Assembly: GCA_963797555.1 (NCBI GenBank)
Contig: CAWCPV010000008.1
Coordinates: 1 to 64,000, forward strand
Source: an uncultured Gammaproteobacteria bacterium
GTDB lineage: Bacteria > Pseudomonadota > Gammaproteobacteria > CAWCPV01
Direction of reading: 5' to 3'
Length of the DNA stretch: 64,000 nucleotides
Shown here in pieces: positions 1-8,848 of the stretch. Numbering within the stretch: position 1 is the first letter of the stretch; the number at the start of each line of letters is the position of its first letter. Both the position numbers and the translations under genes were made by a program. The notes under the pieces are model-generated. The model did not search any database. It was not told the DNA's origin and worked only from the letters and a program-made list of their open reading frames with translations.

Positions 1-1201
1 AGGGGGGTGTCTCAGGCGGGGGCTGGCGCTTGGTGACGATATACACCGCGCGCCATTCCTCCTCGGCAAACACCACGTTGCAGGGCATCTGCGGGCAGTC
101 GCGCCCGAGCAGGGTGAGGTAGAGCACCCGCCAGGCGATGATGAGGTAGAAGGCGAGCGCGGGCTCCAGGCGTTCGAGGGTCTCGAGCTGCAGCTTCTCG
201 ATGCGGCAGCCGCTTTTGAGGATCTTGAAGAACACCTCGATTTGCCACCGGCAGAGGTACCATTGGAGCTTCTCCAGGGCCTGCTCGGCGGTCTCGACGG
301 GGAGGCTGGTGAGGAGCAGCCACTCGATGGGCTCCTCGCCCTGGGGCGGGTCCACCTCGCGGGCCAGCACGGCGCTCACCTCGATGTCCGCCAGGGTGCG
401 GTCCGAGCGATGCGGGGCCTTGAAAGTGAGGCGTGCGACGCGCAGTTGCTGGTGGATGCGCCGCGCCGGACGCCTAGCGGTGGCGGGCAGGTCGAATTCG
501 GCCTCGGCCAGCACCGGCGCGCTTGCGAGCCGGGCGCGCAGCTTACCGCCGTCGGCAAGACGGCGTCGCGCTCGGCGCGGATGAGCCACTCGGCGCAGGG
601 CTGCGTGGCGGCGCGTTCCGCGAGCACCTCGTAGATGTCGGCCTCGCGGTCGGCGACATAGACCAACTGGGTCTCGGGCAGGGACTCGATCGAGCTCCGA
701 GACGCGTCGATAACCCTCCAGCCAGCGCAGGCTCTCTTTTTCCTCGATGGGCCGGCGGCCCTGCTCCTTGCCCAGACTGCCCGCCTCGCGGGTCCAGCTC
801 CATAAATCCAATAGCCCCAAGGGCACCCGCTCGGGGGTCACGGCGAGGGTGGGGTGCAGGTACAATCCACGGCGGGTCTCGTAGTTGAGCGGGCCCAGCC
901 CGACGATGTCGTTCTTGCCGCTATAGTCCCCTTCCGTGGTGTCTTGGATGCACAGCACCACCGAGTATTCGCGCATACGCTGCTCGGTGCAGGCGTAATG
1001 GGGCTCGAGCACCGCCTGGGCGGTGACCTGGGGATGGTCGAACAGCCGATAAGCCGCCAAGGTCTCGGCCCAGCCGCCACAGGCGGTGGGAATGCTCTGC
1101 ATGGGATGGGCTCCCAGCTTCTCCAGGGTGCGTCGCGCCCGGCGGTTGAGGCGCGCATCACCCAAGTCGATGGCGGCCAGCTCCTCGGCCAGGGCATTCA
1201 T
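1..1201 (-). CDS. IS4-family (IS50/Tn5-like) transposase, 3' end outside the window, with two compensating indels near 690 and 545
   Basis: Translation from ATG 1201: MNALAEELAAIDLGDARLNRR...AAYRLFDH...VLCIQDTT...GLYLHPTLAVT...EKESLRWLEG. VYVADREADIYE lies in a shifted frame (ORF 376..666). EWLLLTSLPV...WYLCRWQIEVFFKILKSGC is back in the original frame. Confidence 0.88.
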   Translation of the reverse strand, partial: MNALAEELAAIDLGDARLNRRARRTLEKLGAHPMQSIPTACGGWAETLAAYRLFDHPQVTAQAVLEPHYACTEQRMREYSVVLCIQDTTEGDYSGKNDIVGLGPLNYETRRGLYLHPTLAVTPERVPLGLLDLWSWTREAGSLGKEQGRRPIEEKESLRWLEGYRRVSELDRVPARDPVGLCRRPRGRHLRGARGTRRHAALRRVAHPRRARRRLADGGKLRARLASAPVLAEAEFDLPATARRPARRIHQQLRVARLTFKAPHRSDRTLADIEVSAVLAREVDPPQGEEPIEWLLLTSLPVETAEQALEKLQWYLCRWQIEVFFKILKSGCRIEKLQLETLERLEPALAFYLIIAWRVLYLTLLGRDCPQMPCNVVFAEEEWRAVYIVTKRQPPPETPP

Positions 1202-2070
1202 GCGGCTCCCCCGAGCGCCCGGCGAAAGCGGCCATCGAGCGGATACACATAGACATCCTTGATGGGCAGCGCCTCACGGTCGAGCTTGCCCCGCCCGGTG
1301 GTCTGCCCCAGATGATGCCAGTTGGCCGCCCGGTAGCAGGTGCCCGCGAACCGGCCGGCCTCGACAAAGGTCTCCAGCAGCACCGGGCGTACCCCGTAGC
1401 GCTCTTCGAACTCGCCCGGCACCTGCCGCGCGGCCCGCCCGAGGACCTTGGAGGCCAGGTTCGCCACCCGCACCCACGGCAGAATGAGAAACCGCGCATG
1501 GTTCAGCACCTGCCCCAGGTGCTGCGCACGGCTTGGCGCATCCCAGCCAATCCAGCGGTCGCGCACGCCCACCTTCCAGGCCGCGGCCCCGAAGCCCATG
1601 GCCCCCACCACACCCGCGTCCCAGCGAATCAGATAGCGCAGCTGGGCACCGGGCAGCGGCCGGTAGCCCAAATAATGGTACCGGTCGATGAGCCCATTCC
1701 ACAGCGCCGAGTCCGCCGGGTCAGCAACCGGCGCCAAGTGCAGACCCTGCAAATCCCGCACTGCGCCCACCACCGGTACCTCAGCGGGCCAATCTTGCGG
1801 CTCGCGCGACAGCCCCTTCCCATTGCCGTTACCGTTGCGCGGCGCCGGCAGCTCGATCCAGCCTGCCCGATGCAGCCGCAGCAGCCCGACTCGACAGCTC
1901 ATCAGCTTGGGCCTACCGGCTGCATCGGTCCACCCCAGCACCCGACACACCCGCCGCGCCACCTCGGCTCGCACTCGGGGCTCCGCCAGCCGAGCCTCCC
2001 GCCGTATGCTCTCAAGCTCCCCCGCGCTCAGCACGCGCCCACCCAACCACCTCGGCAACCCCTTCTCCAT
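1198..2070 (-). CDS. DUF4338 / Druantia DruA-like domain protein
   Basis: Motifs HYLGY, RDRWIGW, RFLILPWV..NLASKVL, LLETFVE..RFAGTCYRAANW..LGQTTGRG. Its stop overlaps the transposase ATG (ATGA). Confidence 0.85.
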   Translation of the reverse strand: MEKGLPRWLGGRVLSAGELESIRREARLAEPRVRAEVARRVCRVLGWTDAAGRPKLMSCRVGLLRLHRAGWIELPAPRNGNGNGKGLSREPQDWPAEVPVVGAVRDLQGLHLAPVADPADSALWNGLIDRYHYLGYRPLPGAQLRYLIRWDAGVVGAMGFGAAAWKVGVRDRWIGWDAPSRAQHLGQVLNHARFLILPWVRVANLASKVLGRAARQVPGEFEERYGVRPVLLETFVEAGRFAGTCYRAANWHHLGQTTGRGKLDREALPIKDVYVYPLDGRFRRALGGAA

Positions 2071-2324
2071 CTGCTCCCCCTCGTCACCTGGTGAACGATG
2101 GGGGCATTGAATCAGCTTCCGGGGGCTGTGTCCAGAGGGGCAGCAGCCCTAGCTACGGGGAGATGTGTATAACGCCATGGCTCGGGATGGGCGACGTGCA
2201 AGGTGAGGATGCGACTTCTGGTACAGCCACTCGCCAAAACCATGCAGGCGGGGCGCAGGGCCGGCCCAGATGCCGGTTAGCATGAGCACCAAGAGGCTCA
2301 AGGTTGCGTAGCGGTAAAACCTGA

Positions 2325-3990
2325 TCATTCTGGATGTTGGTGCGGACGGATGGGGAACGCGGGGAGTGACAAGAACAGCATACTGGCAATGCTGTACCAG
2401 CCGTAAAACAGCAGCGTTGGTCTACCAAGCTGTAGCGAGTTGAAAGTGGCGCCGGCCAGTATCGGTAAGAGGAGCACCGAGCCACAGGCAAGGAACAAGG
2501 ATTCCCGGGTACCGGCGCGCCAGCCAAGGCAGATCCCCAGAGCAATCGTCCAGGCCGTAATGATCATGCCGGCATGTGGCAGGATGTGCGTATAGAGGTT
2601 GTAGCGCTGCTGCACCTGCCAGGGACTGAAGCCTTCCGGGTGCCAGAGCAGCAAGGGGAGGGTTGACAACAGCAAATCCCGCCAGGGAAAAACCACCCAG
2701 ACTGAACAATTCGCGCCAGCGACCCCGCCTGGCGAAGTGGGTTACGATCGGAACAACCAGCAGCCAAAAGACGCCCCGCCAGGAGAGGGCGCAACCCAAT
2801 AGCAGGGCGAGTCCGTGCGCGTATTTTCTTTTCGGGTCCTGGATGAGCAGGATCAAGGGCACGCAGACAAGTACGGTATTGGCGAGGAGAGCGGAGCTAT
2901 GCTCGAATCTGGTGTACGGGGCTTGAGTGAGGCGGCGTATCCGGCTGGGATGTGAAGGGACCAGAGACACAAGCCAGCCGTGGAGGATACGCCGATGGAT
3001 AACGATAGACCGATGGACGGCAGAGTGCCAGAGGGCGAGACGAGCGACCTGCTGACCGAACTTCTGAGAACGGGAGCGCGGCAACTGATTGCGCAGGCGG
3101 TGGAAGCGGAGCTGACCGAATTCCTGGGGCAGTTCCAGGGCGTGAAGTCGTTGGATGGCCGGGCGGCTGTGGTGCGAAACGGCTACCTGCCAGAGCGTGA
3201 GATCCGGACGGGTGTGGGGCCGGTCGCGGTGAAGGTGCCCAGGGTGCGAGACCGCAGTGGGTCAGGCATTCGGTTCCACTCCCGGTGCGGCGCACCAGGA
3301 GCTTGGAGGAGTTGCTGCCTTGGCTGTATTTGAAGGGAGTCTCCACGGGCGATTTTCAGGAGGCGTTGGCTTCATTGCTAGGCGAGCAGGCCGAGGGGCT
3401 GTCGCCTTCGACCCTCAGCCGGCTGAAACGTCAATGGGAAGAGGAGCACCAGCGCTGGGCACGCCGGGACCCCTCAGGCAAGCGCTACGTGTATTGGTGG
3501 GCCGATGGGGTGTACTTCAATGTGCGTGGGGAACAGGCGCGCGTGCGCTGCCGAAGAGGAAGACCGCCGGAGCGGCAAGCAAGAACGGGCCGGGCATCTG
3601 ACCGATGGGGTTGCCTGTTTGCGGGCAACCGGAATGCACCCCCGATTGCGCGTGGATGGCTTCCTCGCGGTCGCTGGAGAAACCCAGGCTGCCTGAGTCG
3701 GCGAGGGGGTATATCAAGCGAAGATGATGGTCAGCACGGCCCAGCCGACCAGAAACAGCGCAGCGGCCGGGAGGGTGTTCGCGCACCCCCACAACCTGAC
3801 CAAGACGTGACGCGCTATCGACAAATAGACGAGATAGGTCACGACCAGCGTCAACAGCAAATTGTACTCAAGGAGGCCCAACTTGGGGGCGGCGACTTGG
3901 GCGAACCTCTCCAGCACGGCTATGGTGCTGATCGCCAGGAACAAGAAGAACATGAAACCATGCCGGCTGAAGGGAGAAGCGACCATCTGG
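2325..3990 (-). pseudogene. Multi-TM membrane protein (GT-C-like), frameshifted and split by an IS256 remnant
   Basis: Hydrophobic segments in ORFs 3714..4115 and 3517..3792 (SDREEAI..GNPIGQMPG), 2422..~2890 and 2325..2696 form one collinear gene on either side of the IS fragment. Confidence 0.55.
2995..3550 (+). pseudogene. IS256-family transposase, N-terminal fragment
   Basis: DLLTELLRTGARQLIAQAVEAEL...VVRNGYLPEREIRTGVG.V.VKVPRVRDR, then after a frameshift LPWLYLKGVSTGDFQEAL...YVYWWADGVYFNVR. Truncated after the first catalytic Asp. Confidence 0.88.
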
Positions 3991-4154
3991 GGGCCTCCTG
4001 GGCCGTGAAGCCTGTGTGCCCGATATCGGCAGGCGACGCCCTTAAGCAGAAACGACCTCGCGGTGCCGAGCGCGTCCGGTTCGTCCGGGTGGTTCGGGGC
4101 TCGCGCAACAGCCACCCGTGTATATGACCTTAGCCAGTCTGTCGTCAGGCCGGG

Positions 4155-4532
4155 TCAAGACGCACTGTCGGGGCCTCTGCAGGTCGGGGCGCCGTCTCGT
4201 CTCTCAGCCTCAGCTTCGATGAGGGCCAGATGCTGCGTTAGGCTGCGGATCTCACGTTCCAAACGGGATTGGTGTATATCGGCGGTCAGGTTTTTGATGA
4301 GCAACATACCGATGCTTATCACAAACAGGAGCGTCGGGGGATAGCTGATGCCCAACATCGCGGCGAGCCGGTCGACCAGTCGCGGGAAGAGGCCCAATAT
4401 GCCGACGAGGACGGCGACCAACAGCCACCAAGGGGTATGGCGTACGTGCAGATGGTCACGGCGAACTAGGTAGGCGATGGCTCCAGCTATGGTGAGTCCA
4501 GCAAAGGCGGATGTCCATTGATAGGAGATCAT
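4155..4532 (-). CDS. DUF2304-family small membrane protein
   Basis: Three TM segments, LGISYPP motif and C-terminal ISRLE..IR.L.Q.LAL-type coiled segment. Overlaps the upstream GT2 gene, the usual pairing. Confidence 0.8.
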   Translation of the reverse strand: MISYQWTSAFAGLTIAGAIAYLVRRDHLHVRHTPWWLLVAVLVGILGLFPRLVDRLAAMLGISYPPTLLFVISIGMLLIKNLTADIHQSRLEREIRSLTQHLALIEAEAERRDGAPTCRGPDSAS

Positions 4533-5371
4533 GGTCGTGTCTTGGGAAGCCTCGTTCTAATCGTGGGCAGGGCCCGCTTGAGGGAGCAAAGAATTCCGGT
4601 GTGAAGCAGATAGACTATTACCTTTGCCCAGGAGGAGAATACTTGGGAATGACCTGACATCCTGGGCCTCATCGGTGTAGGGGTTTCGACAATTCTCAGC
4701 CCCGCATGACGCAACAGTAACAGAACCCCGAGATCCTGATATTCCAGCAGGCTTGCGCGGTCTGAAGCTAGGAGCTGCGAGGCCTCATAGTTATAGGCCC
4801 GAAAGCCAGAGGTGAGGTCTCTAATCCATATTCCCGAGACTAGGCGAAAGACGCTCCACGCCGTGTGACGTGCGAGGCTTCCGCGCTCCGGGTGTGCTCC
4901 TATCACGACATCGGCCCGACGGGAAATCAGGGGGGCAAGCAGGGCCGAAATAAACGCCGCTTGATGCTGTCCGTCGGCATCCATCGTAACCACGACCGTA
5001 TTACCGTGCTTGAGCGCATACCGAAGTCCGGTCTGGATGGCTCCCCAAGCGCCGAGGCCGTGCCTGAGGCGCAGCACCGTCGCGCCCGCCGATCGGGCCA
5101 CCGCTGCAGTGTCGTCTATGCTATGGTCGTCGATGACGACCACCTGCAGGTCAACGGTTTCCCTCACGTCGTGCACCACCTGTGCGACCGTACGGGCCTC
5201 GTTTCGAGCCGGTATCAGGACTAGGGTGCGCTCGGTGTCCTCGTTTTTCCAGCGAACGTTCGCAGGGATGAGCGGATCCCCGGCAGCACGGTCCCGCCGC
5301 TGTCGTAACGCAGTTTCCGGTAATGGACGCAGCATGAGGCTACCAGGATTCCTACCGGTGAATGGTTTCAT
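4529..5371 (-). CDS. GT2 glycosyltransferase, DPM1-like (polyprenyl-phosphate sugar synthase); true start probably downstream of 5371
   Basis: VLIPARNEA, VVIDDHSIDDT, GAIQTGL, MDADGQH, DLTSGFRAY. Confidence 0.88.
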   Translation of the reverse strand: MKPFTGRNPGSLMLRPLPETALRQRRDRAAGDPLIPANVRWKNEDTERTLVLIPARNEARTVAQVVHDVRETVDLQVVVIDDHSIDDTAAVARSAGATVLRLRHGLGAWGAIQTGLRYALKHGNTVVVTMDADGQHQAAFISALLAPLISRRADVVIGAHPERGSLARHTAWSVFRLVSGIWIRDLTSGFRAYNYEASQLLASDRASLLEYQDLGVLLLLRHAGLRIVETPTPMRPRMSGHSQVFSSWAKVIVYLLHTGILCSLKRALPTIRTRLPKTRP

Positions 5372-6560
5372 ACAGATTGAATACGCTCCGCGCTACCAGG
5401 TCGATGTGAAAATCACTGTATAGCCGCTGTGCACCGTTCCGTCCTAGGTGCTCTCTCAGGTCTGAATCTGCTAGTACAGTCCGGAGTGAGGCGGCCAGCG
5501 CGCCGGGATCCGACGGTGCAACCAAGAGACCGTTATAGTTTTGTTGAATTATCCATCCAATTCCGGATCCGAGAACGTTGCTGGCAACTACCGGCTTAGC
5601 AAATTTCATCGCTTCCAACAGCACAAGACCGAAAGCTTCGGTGCGCTCGACTGACGGCAGGCAGAGACAATCGCATGTAGCTAACAGCGCGTTTAGGCGT
5701 TGCGCGGGCTGAGCCCCCAGCAGCGCGACTGTTTGATCGAGCTTCAGACTTGTCACGAGGGCGCGCAGCTTGTCAAAGCGATCGCCGGCTCCCACAATCA
5801 GCAGCCTGCTCCCAGGGACATGGCGCGCTGCCGCAACCAGGATCTCGTGCCCTTTGTAGTAGGTTAACCGGCCGGCAGCCAACATGCGCGTCCGGTTCGG
5901 GCCCCAAAGTGACTCTGCCCACGCCAGCTCGGCGGGCTTGGGATCCGCTAGCCGTTCGGGATCTAGCCCTAAAGGTATGACCTGGCACTTATTTCGCCAT
6001 TTTCTGAGCGCAATGCTGGATTCGAGGTACGCCGTTGATGTGGCTATTACCGTATGGCTCAGAGCGAGCAACCTGCGCTCGAGTATTCGGTACATTCGAT
6101 AGGCCCAGATGAGGCGCCCGTCCAAGCGTGACGGGACCACGTCCGAGTGCCAATGCAGTACCCACGGGACTTTGCGGGCGATGGGCGATAACAGAACCCA
6201 GAACGCGGATGTGTTGGGCAAGTGGATGTGCAGGACCTCGGGTCTGAACTCGCGGATCGCGCGGTGCAGCCAGATTGGAAACTCTGGGCTGACGGGAGCA
6301 TACAGCAGCCGACCGTGGCTCGGGGCGCGGTAAATCTTTGGCTTCAAGCACTCCGCAATCGGATAAGTTCGGTGATCGCGATGGACTAGAGCGCTGACGA
6401 CCAGCCCCCGACGCATCAATGCCGGGAGAAGATCTCCCAAAAAGTTTTCCATGCCGCCCGCGAAGGGTGGATAATACTTCCCTATGTGCAAGACCCGCCT
6501 AGGGGATGCCGTGCTCAACGGTCCGTGTACCGAGACGATGGCTGAAAAATTGGACAACAT
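5352..6560 (-). CDS. GT4 glycosyltransferase
   Basis: VLHIGKYYPPFAGGME, HIHLPN, WHSD, GRLTYYKG, PSVERTEAFGLVLLEAM. Confidence 0.9.
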   Translation of the reverse strand: MLSNFSAIVSVHGPLSTASPRRVLHIGKYYPPFAGGMENFLGDLLPALMRRGLVVSALVHRDHRTYPIAECLKPKIYRAPSHGRLLYAPVSPEFPIWLHRAIREFRPEVLHIHLPNTSAFWVLLSPIARKVPWVLHWHSDVVPSRLDGRLIWAYRMYRILERRLLALSHTVIATSTAYLESSIALRKWRNKCQVIPLGLDPERLADPKPAELAWAESLWGPNRTRMLAAGRLTYYKGHEILVAAARHVPGSRLLIVGAGDRFDKLRALVTSLKLDQTVALLGAQPAQRLNALLATCDCLCLPSVERTEAFGLVLLEAMKFAKPVVASNVLGSGIGWIIQQNYNGLLVAPSDPGALAASLRTVLADSDLREHLGRNGAQRLYSDFHIDLVARSVFNLYETIHR

Positions 6561-7935
6561 AGAATGCGCATACCGGAACGATCTGGAGCAGGATGCGACT
6601 AATGCCCGTTCCCCGCTCCGCAAACGCAGCATTGCCTGAAAATGAAAATATCCCAAGAATCGCTAACAACATCGTAATCAGAAGAATCCTAAAATCGGAC
6701 AAACGTCGGTCGCGAGTGAACAACGAGGCTAGCAGCACCGCAAAAAACAACGGCCAGAAGATGTGCCAGCTATCGAACACAAACAGATGCTGGTAGAAGG
6801 CGCCCCAGGTGGGGTGATACCCGATTTCCTGCGTGCCGAGATACGGGACCTCAATTTTGTCGCGGCTGAGCACGAGCTGACCAAGGCCGCGGAGGGGGAC
6901 ATTCACGCCGTGAAGCACCACAGTCACGGCCGCAGCCGCAACCAAGCCCGCGGTTGCAAGAAGCGTCCGATAACTCAATCTGGTTAACAGGAGCGCTGGA
7001 AGGAACGCCAGCGCCCAAATGACCCCTTCTCGCTTTACGAAGGGGCAGGCCATCAACAGGAGCAGTGCCAGCCAGCCCTGCCCGCGGTGGGTAGAGTTCC
7101 CCGATTGGAAAAAGGCCATGGCGGCGAGGCCCACGCAGGTCGCGAGCCAGAGGTCGGCGTAACCGGCCAGGGCGACGTGTGCGTCAAGGAGCGGCATGGA
7201 GAGCAGTAAGTAGGCTCCAAGAATAGACATCAGTGGCGTAACGTCGGCGTTCAGGCTCTGTCCATAGAAGGCTAGGCCGAGTGCTACGGCACACACGAGC
7301 CATGGCACATTGATGAGCGCATCGTCCCAGCGATCCAAGGCAAGTGCCATCCAAAGCTGGATGAGCGGTACGGTCGAGGGATAGTCCCAAGCCTCGATGG
7401 TATAGCGCTGCGGTGTATACGAGGCCAGCCACGTCGCCCCGTCGACGAACGGCACCAGATGCCTGGCCTCGAACCAGACTCGGGCCTTGACTCCCCAGGT
7501 GCTCAAGGCGTCCCACGGATAGAGGGGGCGCCATAGGACCTCGAGGGCCAGTCCACTAAGCCGCAACAGCAGGAGGGCAGCGAGCAGCACGACAGCCCAC
7601 CGCTGCCAACTGGGTGCTTTGGGCGTAGCCGTTTCTCCACCGTTTTCCGGAGGTGTGGCGGCCCTGGCCGACAACCACGTCCCCGCCAGTGCCAGCGTTG
7701 TCAGGGCGCAAAGGGGAGCAGCAAAATTCTGTTCAGCCCCCGCCAAGTCGACTAGCCGCATGGTGACCGTGGCCGCAAGTATCCCCAGTGGATATCCGTA
7801 CCCTAGCCACAGGGGCAGGCTCGTTTGCGTGGCGCTTGGGCACATCCAGCGCATCCACACAGATCCGGTCCACCACGGCACGAAGACTGCGAGACCAAGT
7901 CGTAGAGCTTCTGTAGCGACCGGTATTGACTCCAA
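6499..7935 (-). CDS. Multi-TM GT-C-fold glycosyltransferase (PMT/ArnT-like)
   Basis: About 12 TM segments; WDALSTWGVKA, YP..VPL, GYAD and KREG motifs; lies among GT genes. Confidence 0.65.
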   Translation of the reverse strand: MESIPVATEALRLGLAVFVPWWTGSVWMRWMCPSATQTSLPLWLGYGYPLGILAATVTMRLVDLAGAEQNFAAPLCALTTLALAGTWLSARAATPPENGGETATPKAPSWQRWAVVLLAALLLLRLSGLALEVLWRPLYPWDALSTWGVKARVWFEARHLVPFVDGATWLASYTPQRYTIEAWDYPSTVPLIQLWMALALDRWDDALINVPWLVCAVALGLAFYGQSLNADVTPLMSILGAYLLLSMPLLDAHVALAGYADLWLATCVGLAAMAFFQSGNSTHRGQGWLALLLLMACPFVKREGVIWALAFLPALLLTRLSYRTLLATAGLVAAAAVTVVLHGVNVPLRGLGQLVLSRDKIEVPYLGTQEIGYHPTWGAFYQHLFVFDSWHIFWPLFFAVLLASLFTRDRRLSDFRILLITMLLAILGIFSFSGNAAFAERGTGISRILLQIVPVCAFYVVQFFSHRLGTRTVEHGIP

Positions 7936-8848
7936 TGAACCGTCCCTGCGTTTAGGAGAGGGGCTCGCCAGCCTCGGGGTAATCGGGAAAGCAGTATCCC
8001 CGAGCTGGTGATTGCGTGGTCACCCCCGCCGCGCCCATGCCGGCGCCATTCCTCACTGGCAGCGCGGGCTGACGGCTACGATCGCGCCCGCATGAGTATG
8101 CCGGACCCAAGGCCCGAGCCGGCATGACCATTCGATGAGCATGACCCCACAAGGCTTTCGCGCCAAGCCTCGGGCCGGCGGCGATGCTCCACGACCACGG
8201 CACGTACGTCGTCTTCACCGCCCTGGCGCGTGGCGAGAACCACTGGCGGGTGCCGAGAGCCCATGTCCCGTCGGCCAGCATTTTCTCGTCTGTCAGGACA
8301 ACGGCCCCTGACATCATGCCAAGTTTGTCGGCGTTGCCGACTGGTCTGGGCACCGAAAGTTCTGCGGTGGCAGCGCTCGACCGAGGGGTGGGGTTGCGGT
8401 TATCCCTGACGCAACCAGCCCGCGCTGCGGGTTACCTTCGCTCCGGTAGAGGCCAAGCGTTCCTGCGAGGCGCACACATGCGATCCCGTGAGCTTGGGGT
8501 ATCGTGGCCCCTGAAGTCTATCAGCCGGTTCCCACCCGAGAGAGAAGAAATTGAGACGCGGATGGTGCTCAGCCCCGGTATGGTGTCGCTGGCGTTGCAC
8601 TTGTCCGCCCCAGCACCACTTCGGCGCCCTTGCAGGCAGACCGCTTCAGGCCGTCCGGCGAGGGTGGTTGAGACATGATGAACAATGAGCACGGTCCCAC
8701 CCCGTCGTCCAAGCGTCTCCGTTGACAGCGGTGCGCACCAAGCATATATTATTTCGCTGATATTCTAAAGAACAATGCACCGTGCCGCAGGTCAGAAGTG
8801 CCTCACCCCCGCCCCCCCGCATTGCGATAGTATCGAAATTGTACATTG

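Larger units (their letters stand above)
1..2179 (-). mobile_element. Two-ORF IS4-family (IS50/Tn5-like) element, running off the window start
   Basis: End sequence 2161-2179 reads CATGGCGTTATACACATCT on the minus strand and shares TTATACACATCT with the Tn5 mosaic end. It encloses a DUF4338 ORF and a Tn5-like transposase. Confidence 0.8.

Noticed and set aside
1198-2070. Complete Druantia defence system
   Set aside because: No DruE helicase or other dru genes are present; the DUF4338 gene is inside an IS.
2161-2179. Nextera/Tn5 adapter contamination (AGATGTGTATAA)
   Set aside because: Only 12 contiguous bases of the 19 match, it continues CGCCATG rather than GAGACAG, and it is correctly placed as the end of a native IS50-like element.
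8432-8692. Pilin remnant upstream of the glycosylation genes
   Set aside because: No prepilin G-F-T-L-I-E motif or hydrophobic N-terminal helix is visible.
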